From Octopus vulgaris (lineage: Eukaryota): DNA of 64,000 nucleotides. Shown piece after piece: positions 39,371-53,639 of this stretch. The notes below the pieces were generated by a model that worked only from the letters and a program-made list of their open reading frames with translations, was not told the DNA's origin and ran no database searches. Every line of letters begins with the position of its first letter. Position 1 is the stretch's first letter. Both the position numbers and the translations under genes were made by a program. Where the stretch lies: the NCBI GenBank assembly GCA_951406725.2, contig OX597828.1:13516001-13580000 (forward strand), read 5' to 3'.

Positions 39371-39876
39371 AGCCTAGTATACCAATCACGACTACCTGTC
39401 TGATAAAGATACATCAGGTACATGCATCACACTATATGTGCGTGACATGGTGATCTCATATCAAGATAAACAGTGCATGACCTTGCAGGTGGGGGGCCCA
39501 GTTAGAATTTTCTTCTGGTCGAGTAACCCATCCCGCTCAAAAGGTCCCTGAATAAAGATTGTTTAAGGATGTTGAACGAACCACCCATGTTTCCAAAGGT
39601 GAATTATCCAAACATCTAAGAATTCCTTTCAACACATGGCTATGATGCTCTCCCACTACTTCTGCTCGTGATCAGGGATGCACATATCGTCAGCCACTAA
39701 GGGACATGCTCAACTGGTTATGGTCAAACAGCTGACAAGCAAATCTGTGGTATTGAGCAGAATATTTGCTGTAGCACGTCTTTTATACCACGACAAAAAA
39801 ATGTACATGATAACACCTCCAGTCAGTTAATATCAAATGACATGAGAGCCACTGCCTGGTACTGCATCAGGGCATC
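39371..39876. mobile_element. Inverted copy of the ~560-bp trinucleotide-flanked repeat
   Basis: Reverse complement of 20126..20640, followed by (CAT)n. Confidence 0.85.
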
Positions 39877-39906
39877 TTTCATCATCATCATCATCATCAT
39901 CACCAT

Positions 39907-39938
<32 letters not shown>

Positions 39939-39984
39939 TCATCATTATCATCATCGCCACTGCCGCCACCACCACCACCACCAT

Positions 39985-40049
<65 letters not shown>

Positions 40050-40609
40050 GTTGTAGTAGTAGTAGTAATGCGGTGAGTTGGCAAAATTGTTAGTGTACTG
40101 GACGAAATGCTTAGTGGTTTTTCACCTGTTGTTACATTCTGAGTTCAAATTCTGCCAAGGTCGACTTTACCTTTCATCCTTTCAGGGTCGATAAATTAAG
40201 TACCAATGAAACACTGGGGGTCGGTAATATTGACTAGTCCCTGCCCAGAAAATTTCAGATCTTGTGTTTATTGTAGAAAGGATTATTAAGGTAGCGAGCT
40301 GACAAAATCGTTAACATGTCCAGAAAAATGCTTACCTGCATTTTGTTTGTCTTTACGGTCTGAGTTCGAATTCTGCCGAGGTCGGCTTTGCCTGTCGTCC
40401 TTTTGTGGGGTCGATGAAATAAGTACCTGTTGAGCAGTGGGATCGATGTAATTGACTTTCGATGGCTTTGATGGCCAAAATTTGAAAACAATATTATATA
40501 TTGTATGATTGATTGATTGATTCTAGTTTCAGCTTATGAGCTGTGGCCATGCTGGGGCACCGCCATTATATATTGTTTATGTTTATTTTTTTTTTTTTAT
40601 CTTTCACAG

Positions 40610-40739
40610 AAAAATATCATGGACGACAAACTTGGTAATACGTGTGAGTGTCCTGACAACTCTTACACTGATTCTGCTACGACACTGAAATTCCCACACG
40701 GCAAAAGGATCGATTATCTGTTGTTCAGAGCTAATTCAG
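40610..40739 (+). CDS. SMPD2: SMPD2-like exon 6 (KNIMDDKLGNTCECPDNSY...GKRIDYLLFRANS)
   Basis: cacag acceptor, gtacta donor. Contains GxT..PxNSY and RIDY. Confidence 0.92.
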
Positions 40740-40740
40740 G

Positions 40741-40775
<35 letters not shown>

Positions 40776-40777
40776 TG

Positions 40778-40842
<65 letters not shown>

Positions 40843-40980
40843 CACCACCACCACCACCACCACCACCAATAATAATAATAGTAATAATAATAACACTGCT
40901 GCTGCCGCCACCACCACCACCACCACCCCTACCATCATTACCACACGACTACTGCATCATCATCATCACCATTATCACCA
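40740..40980 (+). repeat. (TAC)n/(CAC)n/(AAT)n microsatellite starting at the exon 6 donor
   Basis: Directly visible. Confidence 0.95.
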
Positions 40981-41169
40981 CCAGTGCCACATAAAAGCAC
41001 TTGTGATGATGTCACATGTGAAGGTACTGTGTTGGTGCCATGTAAAAAGCACCTGGTACATTCTGTAAAATGGTTGGCACTGTGAAGGGCATCCAGCCAT
41101 AGAACGCATGCCAAAACAGACAGCTGGGGCCTGGTGCAGCTCGCCAGCTGCCAACATGGAAAATGGGTG

Positions 41170-41402
41170 TTAACCCTTTCGTTACCATATTTCTGTGGAG
41201 ATGCTCTGTGTTTCTTTCAATTAATTTTTAAATATAACAAGTAATTTAGTAAAATAACTTAGTCATCATTAAGCTAGTGTTAGGAACATAAAATGTGACT
41301 AAGGTTTGGTGGAAGATTTTAATTCAGAACTTTTGACAACAAGACATTTGTACCACAGAGCCAGAGGTGGTTTCAGGGTGGGTTGGTATCAAAAAGCTTT
41401 AA
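41170..41402. mobile_element. piggyBac-like MITE (TTAA-CCCTTT termini); related copy at about 21475-21701
   Basis: ttaaccctttcgttacc ... ggtatcaaaaagctttaa; internal sequence shared with 12188-12405 and 21475-21701. Confidence 0.6.
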
Positions 41403-41857
41403 ATGATGATGATGATGATGATGATTTTTCGATGCTTGCAAGGAATAAATGCTGTTGAGCATTTTGTCCGGTTTGCTAACATTTCTGCCAGCTTGCCATC
41501 TTTAAACGGCTTCAAATTTTGGTACAAGGCCATCTGGGGTGGAGAATTCAATCATATCAACCCCAGTACATGATGGGTACTTATTTTTATCAATCCTGAA
41601 AAGATGAAAGATAAAGTCGACCTTGGTGGAATTTGAACTCAGATCATGAAGACACAAAATGCGTCTTTATTATCCGAGTTATAAATGTCTTTATAACTCA
41701 GCATGCTAATGCTTCTGCCAGCTTGCAATAATTAATAATACTTTCTATTTTATACACAAAGCCTGAAACTTTGAGGGAACAGACAGTGGAGTTGGCCTAC
41801 CAGCTCCTGTTAAACTGTCCAACCCATGCCAGCATGGAAAATGGATGATAAATGATG

Positions 41858-41905
<48 letters not shown>

Positions 41906-42184
41906 GGTAAAATCCTTAGAACATCAGACAAATTGCCTGACTTTGTTCCAGCTCTTTTAGATTCTGAGTTCAAATCTTGCCGTGGTCAACGTTCTTTGCC
42001 ACTAAATTTCAGACCTTATGCATAAGTGTCAGAAATATGAATTATTATTGTTATTACTATTACTATTTATTTATTTATTTGTTTTACCATTTCATACAAT
42101 GCTGTTTGTCAATTCTTGCAACCCAAATGAATTCTTTATTCATTATGATCACTGACCAAGATTTCCGGCACACATAATAGTGAT

Positions 42185-42348
42185 CCTTCCTCCCTCCCTC
42201 ATTCCTCCCTCCCTCATTCCTTCCTTCCTTCCTTCCTTCCTTCCTTCTTTCTTTCTTTCCTTCTTTCCTTTCTTTCCTACTTGCCCCCTTTGTTTCTTTC
42301 TTCCTTCCTTCCTTTCTTTCTTTCCCTACCCACCCTCTTTCTTTCTTC

Positions 42349-42441
<93 letters not shown>

Positions 42442-42510
42442 TTCCTTCCTTCCTTCCTTCCTTCCTTTCTTTCTTTCTTACTTTCGTTCTTTCTTTCTTT
42501 TCTCTTCTTT
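42185..42510 (+). repeat. (TTCC)n/(TTTC)n polypyrimidine microsatellite
   Basis: Directly visible. Confidence 0.95.
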
Positions 42511-42646
42511 GTCTTTGTTATTCTCTAAACTAGAACTGATAACAAATTGCTTCTCTCACTCTTGTCTGAACTATAAAAATTAATAAATAAATAATTAAAT
42601 TAAAAAAAAATACAGAAAGCTAATGAGCAATATTACTTTGTTTTAG

Positions 42647-42766
42647 GTACAAAAGTAACTGTTGATCATTACGAAAGGGCGTTTGGAAAGATTCCCAATG
42701 ATTCCCGGAGCTACTCTGACCATGAAGGAGTTTCGGCTACCTTCAGTTTAATGAGTGCACCTACAG
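42647..42766 (+). CDS. SMPD2: SMPD2-like exon 7 (GTKVTVDHYERAFGKIPNDSRSYSDHEGVSATF...)
   Basis: ttttag acceptor, gtaaga donor. Contains the catalytic SDH motif. Confidence 0.93.
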
Positions 42767-43100
42767 GTAAGATTCATTCAAAACGCATTTAATTCAGGCA
42801 AATTTCATTGAAACATTTTAATCCAATATCAAAAGAGAAGAAAAAAATGTTTTCACTTTTTAACCGTCACCCCTTAGATCAGCCCTGATCAAACGGACCT
42901 TATGATGAAAAGCATTCCAGGCATGACAGTCTCATCTTTTAGGGCTACATTCCACCTGTAATATGTTCAAACTGACTAGATCTAACTTGTCACACCTGCC
43001 CTACAATATTATTCTAAAAATAAACAAAGGCACAGGTGTGGTTGGTGATAAGAAGCTTGCTTCCTAATACACACACACACATACATATACATACATACAT

Positions 43101-43143
<43 letters not shown>

Positions 43144-43589
43144 TATTTAGGTGTGTGCTTGACAACCCATGTTGGTATTTTTACATCCCCGTAACTTAGC
43201 GGTATGGCAACAGAGGCTGATAGAATAAGTACTGGGGGAGATTTCTTTGGCTAAAAAACCCTTTAAGGTGGTGCCCTAGCATGGCTACAGTCAAATGACT
43301 GAAACAAGTAAGAGATTAAAAGAATAGAAGAATGGTCACATCATTGAAATCTTGAAGCTGCGAGATATTGCAGGATTAATTCAAAATATGAATAGATAAG
43401 CTTTATATTTGGCAGAATAATCCAAATGCTAAAGGGTTAAAAGCCTTTGAGTCTTACCTAAAACAGAAACATTGCAGATGTTGTCACACTCCGTTTTGTC
43501 TTTCCAAAAAGCCTAGAACCTGGTTGTTATACTTAAATGTAACCCTCTTATCTTCATTCAAAATTTAACACAATTCTTTTCATTTTCAG

Positions 43590-43924
43590 CTCAAGCATGT
43601 CCAGCCAGAGATGCTGCACTTCTTTCAGACCATCTTCAGGCAATGATCAACGAGATGGACAAAAATGCATCCAAATTGTCTTCAGACAGGATAATTTGGA
43701 TTGTATTGGCAATATTCAGTACCGTCATCCTGTTCTTAAGGAATTGCTGCAGCGTAGGAGGGACATGTATTGCCTTTTTCATGAATCTGTTGATGGTATT
43801 TCTAGTTGTCTTCATAGCCTTCTGCCTATGGAATGGTGTCGTGATAAATAACATCGACTCCAAGGCATCTGCAGCAACGAAAGAAGAGGCCAAATACCTT
43901 TTGAACAGCAAAAAGGAAAACTGA
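43590..43924 (+). CDS. SMPD2: SMPD2-like terminal exon 8 with two predicted transmembrane segments
   Basis: tttcag acceptor; in frame with ORF 43643..43924. Two hydrophobic stretches (IIWIVLAIFSTVILFL; IAFFMNLLMVFLVVFIAFCLW) match nSMase1 C-terminal anchors. The eight exons sum to 1188 nt. Confidence 0.88.
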
Positions 43925-45372
43925 AATTGTTTCCATTTTCTCTTCAAATTGAACATAATTTTATATACATATCAGTTACATTTTTATATCATATCTTCAA
44001 ATTTCTTGTTGTGTACATGTAAGTCTATGTGTGCGTGCGTATGTGCATCTGTGTGTGTGTATGTATGTGTGTGTGTATGTGTGTGTTTAAGGTTCGTTTT
44101 TTCCATGCTAGCATGGATTCAACAGGAATTGATTTCAAGGCAACATTTAACACCTGGAAGGCTTTTCCTGTTGCTAGCTCTCACCGGTTTTTCAGTTAAG
44201 GGATTTTTTAAAGAAATATTTCACAGGTTCTTGAAAGTACTGAGTAATCACTTATAATGACCACATGGAATGTGACCTTCCATTCCATTCAATCAGGGAT
44301 GAACAAAATATCAGCATTCACACATGTGCGTGTACACACACACACATACACATACACACGCACACAGCACCTTCTGTTGTTGTTATTTGTTATTGTTGTT
44401 GTTTTAACTCTGATGAAAATTAATCTAGCCATGACCATCCAGACTGTTTCTTAGGTACAATGAACAAAGAACCACATTATTCAATATGCTCCCCGCCACA
44501 CTGTAGTAACACACACAGACACATACATACACACACAGGTGCACACATACACACACACACAAATGCATGCGTGCACACACACACACATGCACACACACAC
44601 ACTCATACACACACGCGCGATAGACTTTTTACAGTTTCTGTCTATTAAATTAATTCACAAAGCCTTGGTTGACCTGGCGCTATGTCAGAAGCCATTTCCT
44701 CGTGGTGGCACACAGGGAGACTGAACCCGAAGCCATATGGTTGCGAAACAAACTTCTTAACCACTGACTAAAGCCTGTGCCTGCTGTGTGTGTGTGTGTC
44801 CGTTTTTGAGAGTACAGTTAGAAGGTCAGGACTTCCTCTGTGGTCAATGATATTGCACCCAGTTCACCTCAGTTGCAGTAGTTGCTATGGAGATGTTATT
44901 GTTAGATCACTGCCAAAAGCAGCAGCCTCTGTTGTTATTATTTGTTATTGTTGTTGTTTTAACTCTGATGAAACTTAATCTAGCCATGACCATCCAGATT
45001 GTTTCTTAGGTACAATGAACAAAGAACCACATTATTCAATATGCTCCCCGCCACACTGTTTTTTTTTTTTTTTTTATATATAATAGTGTATTAAATACAT
45101 TGTGCAGGAAATTTGGATCAAAAGCTCTATTTTGGATGTATGTTTATCTTGTGTCTTTTATTTGTTTTGGTTATTAGACTGCGGCCATGCTGGGGCACCA
45201 CCTTGAAGAGTCTTTTCAGTTGAATGAATTGACACCAGTACTTATTTTTTTAATAAGCCTGATACTTATTCTATCGAGCTCTTTTGGCAAAACTGCTAAG
45301 TCATGGGGATGTAAATAGACCAACACTGGTTGTTGAGCGGTGGTTGGGAACTAACATAGACACAAAGACATG

Positions 45373-45406
<34 letters not shown>

Positions 45407-45565
45407 ACAGGCTTCTTTCAGTTTCCAGTTACCAAATCCTCTCACAATTGGTCAGCCTGAAGCAATAACAGAAGACACCTGCCCAAGGTACCACACTGTG
45501 GGACTGAACCCAGAACCATGTGGTTGGGAAGCAAGCTTCTTACTACACTGTCATGCCTGTGCCTA

Positions 45566-45860
45566 TATGTGGTCTGATCAATAAGTATCCGGATTGTTAC
45601 CATAGAAACGAAGCAAAAGCATGCAAAGTGAAGGCACATGGCACAGATTAACCTTGACCTCTGCTGTGCATGTGCACTAAGTTTTAACATTATAGCTCAC
45701 TTCTACTGTTTACAGCAGTGCTTGGATGGAAGGTGTGTAGCATGTGATCATTGCATTGACCATGACAGAGAAGGCTGACGAGAGAATCTGCATCATATTT
45801 TGCCAACAACTTGGCGATACTTGTTCAGAGGCCTATACAAAATTTTCAAAAAGTTTTCAT
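45566..45860 (+). mobile_element. mariner 5' end fragment
   Basis: TIR-like tggtctgatcaataagtatccgg, followed by MTEKADERICIIFCQQLGDTCSEAY (mariner transposase N-terminus). Confidence 0.65.
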
Positions 45861-46241
45861 ATATATATAGATATATTTAATTAGTTAAAAATATGTTTGT
45901 GACATATTTCAACTGCTAATATAATATATGTAGATAGATAGATATACTGAATGAGAAAAACCAAGAAAAATCACTAAAAGGACAAATTTTAACAAGGGTA
46001 TTATTTGTCTCTTTTACTCTTTTAATTGTTTCAGTCATTTGACTGTGGCCATGCTGGAGCACTGCCTTTAGTTGAGCAAATCGACCCCAGGACTTATTCT
46101 TAGTAAGCCTAGTATTTATTCTATTGGTCTCTTTTGCCGAACTGCTAAGTTACGGGAAGATAAATACACCAGCATCGGTTGTCAAGCGATGTTGCGGTGA
46201 CAAACACAGACACACAAACATATATACACACACATACATAC

Positions 46242-46303
<62 letters not shown>

Positions 46304-46392
46304 TTGTCACCGCAACATCGCTTGACAACCGATGCTGGTGTATTTATCTTCCCGTAACTTAGCAGTTCAGCAAAAGAGACCAATAGAATAAA

Positions 46393-46455
<63 letters not shown>

Positions 46456-47205
46456 CACACATTTTTTTCTCTCCTTGTTTTTTCTGTGTCCCTTTCTGTA
46501 GAAGAGCGTAGGCTCGAAACATAAAAGACTTTTTCTATTCCTGAGCGTTATACTAATACATCTTTTTGTTTTGTACACCACTTGTCTTCGTCTTTTGTTT
46601 TTTCGTAAACTCTCCCTATATTTATATATATATATATACATACATACGACGGGCTTCTTTCAGTTTATGTCTACAAGGTTTTTGTCGGCCCGAGGCTATT
46701 GTAGAAGACACTTGCCCAAGGTGCCACGCAGTGGGACTGAACCTGGAACCATGTGCTTGGTAAGCAAGCTACTTACCACACAGCCACTCCTACGCCTATA
46801 TTTAATGCTTAAAGAGAAAGGATCTTTAACAAGAAAGGAGAAAGGTGGTGGAAATAAGGGAAGAAGAAAAAGAAAATTTAGGGCCAGGTTGAAATGCACT
46901 TCTATTGGGAAGAATTAGGGGAGATAAGAGGTGAAATACTGCATGCATGTATAAGAGGGCGTGTCTGTGAAGGGACACCCTCCTTTACATGCAGTATATA
47001 ATGATAAAAATAATATGATTCCTTGGGCATAGTATCAGAAGGCATCAAAAACTGAACCTATATTCCTTACGGAATAATGTAGACTAGCCTACTAAGGAAA
47101 TGTTTTGACTCTTGGCTAAAGTCACTTTTCTTCATATATTCCACCCTCACTCCTCTGGAGAAAGGCTTGAATACGACATAATCTTTTTGTCCCCCTTATT
47201 TTTAA

Positions 47206-47321
47206 CTAGCAGTATAACACAGCTTTGCCCGGGATTAAGTTAGGATTATTAAGCTGATGAAGTTCTTTATTTCAAACCAAACTAACATCGACGTCAAATT
47301 TGGGCGAAATCCATTGAAATT

Positions 47322-47370
<49 letters not shown>

Positions 47371-47807
47371 GTGGGCAACTCACATATTACACACACGTAC
47401 GTATGTACACCTATTGCATACATGTTTTTTGTACGTGTGCATGTTTGCGCGCGCACGTGTGTGTTTGTGTTACCTGTATATCAACAAAACAATTTTTTCC
47501 TCGATAGAAAAAAATAAACAACAAAGTCTTAACCAAAACTTACTTGTTGCTAGAAGGGGACTTAACTCCTGTTTCCGAACAATGGTGATTTCTTTGATTT
47601 GAAAATTGTTAAAAGTTTTAGTTGAAAATTTATTTTTACTGCCATCCGTTGGAGCTCCTGGGAAAAATAAGTTGACAAAAATACAGCTAGGGTCATGACG
47701 AATGTCCTCCTAAAATTGGAGCAACATGCGTGCTAATTTGTGGACGTGCATAAATTACATTCACGTACACACACACACACACACATCCTGCCTTTTATAT
47801 ATACAGA
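47206..47807 (-). mobile_element. Non-autonomous Helitron
   Basis: Minus strand: A|TCTGTATATATAAAAG...cccgggcaaagctgtg...CTAG|T. Confidence 0.75.
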
Positions 47808-50800
47808 TTCTGCTCTAAAGAACAGTCTCATACTTCAACCTGATTCAACCCTTTTGATTTGAACCTACATGAAACTGACCCCAGTTCTGTGATATAAACT
47901 TCCTCTTTTAAAGCGATCTAAATTTTAATCTTCCATAAAAATTTCATGTAAATTTATTTCAAGCACCAGCTTAATAATTTTTTAATTTTTAATTTTGACT
48001 CAAGGCCAGTAATTTTGAAGGGAGGAGGGTAACTCAAATCATATTGACGCCAGTATTTAACTGATACTTTATTTTATCAACCCAGAAAGGATGACAGAGA
48101 AACTCAACCTGAGCAGAATTTGAACTCAGAACTGTAAGATAAGAAATATTGTTAAGCATTTTGCCTGGTGTGTTTATAATTCTGTCAGTTCACACAAGCT
48201 TAACAAATTATTTCTTCATTAATTATTTAATTATTTCTAAATTATTTCTTCATTATTTTGAAAATTATTTGCAATAAAGACAGTGTATTTCTACAGATAT
48301 ATCTTTTACTTGTTTCAGTCATTTGACTGTGACCATGCTGGAGCACTGCCTTTAATCGAGCAAATTGACTCCAGGACTTATTCTTTGTAAGCCTAGTACT
48401 TATTCTATCGGTCTTTTTTGCCGAACTGCTAAATTACGGGGATGTAAACCCACCAGCATTGGTTGTCAAGCGATGTTGGGGGGACAAACACAGACACACA
48501 AACACATACACACACATACATATATATACAAATATACGATGGGCTTCTTTCAATTTCCGTCTACCAAATCCACTCACAAGGCTTTGGTCGGCCCGAGGCT
48601 ATAGTAGAAGCCATGCAGTGGGAATGAACCCAGAACCATGTGATTGGTAAGCAAGCTACTTACCACATTTTTCATGTTAATTCAAATATTGGGACAATTT
48701 AAGATATATGGAGAAAGTAAAAAAGAACTGAATTTATTTGACAACCCTATATTATAAATAAAATCACTTTTAGTTACTTGAATTTTAAATTAATTTATAC
48801 ATCCAGCATGTCCAGGGGCCTTAGGGTTGAAACATGTAAAAGAATAAAAGAATGTATTTCACTATGAAAACAAACGCAAGATATGTGCTTGTGTAATAGC
48901 ACTGACCACCTTCAGTCTATATTTTTCTTTTATTCCTATTATCTACCAATTTTTTATCATAAGACTAGCTGTGGGGTGTCTGGTGATAACCCCAGAACAA
49001 CTATTGCAAACTATAGTAATATTTCTCTGCAGAGGACAGAAAAATTCAGTTCCCTTTATGATGCATGCTTTGGTAAATTTACCATTTCCAGTATGTGTGT
49101 GATATTCACCTCATACTCTCAAAATATCTACCTCTGGTCACAACACCTTTTGGAAACTTTCTGCAAAATATGTTATCAATATTTACAGTCTTTCAATATG
49201 TTTTTTTTTGACTCATAAACAACGACTACAGATTCTTAAACCCTTTGTTGTTTAATGATTCAAGAGATAATGTCATGATTTGATATAGACATGAATTAAT
49301 AAATAGATCAAAAACAAATGAGTATTTCATTTTTTTTTTGTGTGTGTGTGTTTGTTTTGCAAGATTTTTGGTGTGAAATCATTTGTTGAAGCATATTTTT
49401 TTATACTTTAGGCAGATCATGATGACACACTGGTTTTATTTCACTTCAATTTAATTATCAATTAATTTGATAATTAGTTAATATATTAATATGTTAATAT
49501 ATTAATTAGTTTGCTAGAGTTCTTTTGTCATAGCCTGTGACTTTACTGATAGTTTGTTGCTGTTTGTTCCTTCTCGAGCCACGCCTGGCTCATAAGGGCC
49601 GGTTTCCCCTGTTTCCTTGACGTATAGCTTCTCCACCTGGACGGGACGCCAGTCCGTCGCAGGTGAGCTGCAAGATGCAGGAGGAAAGAGTGAGAGAAAG
49701 TTGTGGCGAAAGAGTCAGCAGAAGTTCGCCATTACACACGCAATCTGAGATTTGAACCCACGATCCCTCGACTGCGAGTCTGCTGCTCTAACCACTAGGT
49801 CATGTGCCTCCACTTTATCAATAGTAATTGTTTCAAATTTTGGCTCAAGGTCAGCAATTTTAGTGGTAGATATTTGTCAATTATATTGACCCCTTGTACT
49901 TAACTGGCATCTTATTTAATCAGCCCTGAAAGATGACCTTGATGAGACTTGAACTCATAATGTAAAGAGCCAAGAAATATAACAAATACTCAAACATTTC
50001 TGACAATGTTCTAACAATTCTGTTAGCTCACTATAATGTGAGCTAACAAAAATAATAATAATGTGACTCATGTACACCTTCTCTGTGTTAGCAGCCACTC
50101 CTTGTTCTTTGCTTTATGTTGGAATCTAATCTGCTGCAGAGCAAACAGGGAAGTGAAACAAGTGCGTAGTAGCACAGAGAAAGTACACGAGACATGTTGT
50201 CATTCAGAAGGTCACAGGCTGGGATGAATGAGCTGCAGCAAACTAATTATGCAATTTATATATTAACTAATTATCTAATTAATTGATAATTGAACTGATG
50301 TGAAATACAATCAAAATGTTTGTTTTAAATGGGAGCATGATCTTCTCAAAGTACAGCAAATGAATATTTTATGTTATTTAAAAGAAAATGGGAAATTCAC
50401 ATTTCACTGGATGGCTTCCATTCATTTAGAGACAATAAAAAAGTTCATTTTTGCATCTGTTTTTCCATGCTAGTATGGGTTAAATAAATATATATTACCT
50501 ATTTATTTACTACTCACAAGGGGCTAAACACAGGGAGGACAAACAAGGACAGACAAACGGATTAAGTCGATTATATTGAACCCAGTGCATAACTGGTACT
50601 TAATTTATTGACCCCCGAAAGGATGAAAGGCAAAGTTGACCTCAGCGGAATTTGAACACAGACCATAGCGGCAGACAAAATACCTATTTCTTTACTACCC
50701 ACCAAGGGGCTAAACACAGAGAAGACAAACAAGGACAGACAAACGGATTAAGTTGATTATATCGACACCAGTGCGTAACTGGTACTTAATTTGTCGAACC

Positions 50801-51392
50801 CAAAAGGATGAAAGGCAAAGTTGACCTCGGCGGAATTTGAACTCAGAACGTAGCGGCAGATGAAATACTGCTAAGTATTTTGCCCAGCATGCTAACAATT
50901 CTACCAGCACTCTGAAGCATAGTTTCACAGCTGTTTACACTTCTTGTTGTTAATGCATGCTCGTTTTTTTCAAGTAGGGGATCTCTTATTCCACCTGTTT
51001 TTGAAAACACAAGGTCAGCAAATTTCAACAAACTTTTACTTCTAACTGCACAGATTTTCAAGCAAAGTGTAAAGAATGTAAACATCTGCACAGATATTCC
51101 TTGGTAAGGCAGAAGCTTGCCAGGTTATATGCTAAATGTATGCAATGCTTTACTCTTTACTCTTTTGCTTGTTTCAGTCATTTGACTGCAGCCATGCTGG
51201 AGCACCACCTTTAGTTGATCAAATCGACTCCAGAATTTATTCTTTGTAAGCCTAGTACTTATTCTATCGGTCTCTTTTGCCGAACCGCTAAGTTACGGGG
51301 ACGTAAACACACCATCATCGGTTGTCAAGCGATGGGAGGGAGACAAACACATACACACAAACATACACACACACACACACATATATACATAT

Positions 51393-51439
<47 letters not shown>

Positions 51440-53287
51440 TACGACGGGCTTCCTTCGGTTTCTGTCTACCAAATACACTCACAAAGCTTTGGTCGGCCCG
51501 AGGCTATAGTAGAAAAGACACTCGCCCAAGGTGCCACGCAGTGGGAATGAACCCGGAACCATGTGGTTGGTAAGCAAGCTACTTACCACACAGCCGCTCC
51601 TGCACCTTTATTTACTGTTTCTTATATATCATTATTTACTGTTTCCTATATTCGGATCAACCGGAACCCTCGTCGTCGTAACCGACAGAGTGCTTCCATA
51701 TATCAAGGCATAGATTTCATTTAAGCAGGTGAGAACCAAATATTGTTCGAAAATTAATTAGGGCTGTGTATCATTTTGTCCATCTTCTGAGAAATGGTCA
51801 TCATATATTAAATATGATACTTTGATACTGTCTGGACCAAGAGGCCCATTAATAGGTCACTGATATTGAATAAACTTTTTAGCATTCAAACCACCTATGT
51901 TCTACTTATTTTATGTTCAGATTGGCCAGATCTAGCCTCTCACAACTACACAACAGTGTCATTGAAATCATATACAATCATATCAATGAAATCTCAAAGC
52001 TACAATATAATGCATGATTAATTCAAAAGAATGTGAATGAATATGTATAACATTTGACAGAGTAATCTGAATCTGGAGGTGCATGGCTCAGTGGTTAGAG
52101 TATCGGGTTCACAATCATGAGGTTGTGAGTTTAATTCCTGGACCAGACTGTGCATTGTGTTCTTGAGCGAGACATTTTGTTTCACATTGCTCCAGTTCAC
52201 TCAGCTGTAGAAAGGAGTTGCAACATCGCTGGTGCCAAGCTATATCAGCCTTCACTTTTCCTTGGATAACACTGGTGGCATGGAGAGGGGAAGCTGGTAC
52301 GCGTGGGCGACTGCTGGTCTTCCATAAACAACCTTTCCTGGACTTGTTCCTCAGTGGGGAACTTTCCAAGTGCAATCCCATGGTTATTCATGACTGAAGG
52401 GGGTCTTTAATTTGAATACTAAAGGATTAAACACATTGCATGCAAATTAGTAGCCCAGTTCATTGTAGTTACCAGATTTGATGAGTCTACAAACATGTAG
52501 GCTGCTTATTTCTCTGAGATTGGTCAAATGACATAAACACTTCTGATGAGAACCAAAGAAGTTTTCAAAAACTAATTAAGGCTGTTTGTCATTTGTTTTT
52601 TCAGTCTACAGAGAAAAAGATAAATTTGCCTTGTTTGTATTATTAATATTTCTAAGGCAACAAGCTGGCAGAGTTGTTAGCCCACTGGATGAAATGCTTG
52701 ACAGTATTTCACCCATCACTACGTTCTCAGTTCAAATTCCTCCAAGGTCAATTTTGCCTTTCATCCTTTCGGGGTAGATAAAATAAGTACCAGTGAAATT
52801 CTGGGGTCGATGTAATTGACTAGTCCTCTCCCCCAAAACTTTGGGCCTTGTGCCTATAATAGAAAGGATTACTAATATTTCTACTATGATGGTTTACTTA
52901 TATATCATACGTTGATACCATGTGGACTAAAATGCTCATTGAGAGGCCTCTGCTATCAAATAAATTGTTAAATAATTACAGAATGCTAATTAATAGTTTC
53001 AGTTCTCTGTAACTAATGGATTTGTTCTGTATGTAAACAGACTAGCTGCTTAGTCTTCTGGGATTTGTCAAATGACGTAGACATCTCTGATGAACCCCCA
53101 CCACCCCACCCTAACAAGGTTTGAAAAATCCATCAAGGCTGTTCATAATCTTATCAATCTACTGAGAATTTACCATGTTTGTATTTCTATTGTATTTGCA
53201 TTTTCAATGCAAAAAGTCTATGAAGAGATTTATCACAGGAAATTTTACAGCACCATGCCTTCTAATTTGATACACAGATGATAATTT

Positions 53288-53480
53288 TAATTACCTCTGC
53301 CAAGGATGGCGGTTATATTTTCATCAGCGTTGGTTTGTCTGTCTATCCGTCGGTATTTGATGAAACTTGCAGGAAAATTTTGTAATGACACAAGGAACAG
53401 ATGGTGAAATTTTGGTAGTGATCCGGAAATTTTTATAGCTTCTTGAAGGATTTTTCATTTGTTATATTTACTTTACATGA
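53288..53480 (+). mobile_element. Helentron/DINE-like non-autonomous fragment
   Basis: ttacctctgccaagg...ggttatattttc...gtctgtct start motif. Confidence 0.5.
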
Positions 53481-53639
53481 AGTATTACAATGTTGCGTTC
53501 TTTGATTATCTCCCTTGAAAACATGTTCATCGTTTGCACGTAACCTATGGTGGCGTTGCTGTTTCCAAAGTTTATTTTCATTTCTCTATTAGTAATTTTA
53601 CTCACGTATCTATCTTAAAATGAGCTGGTTGGCAGTGGT

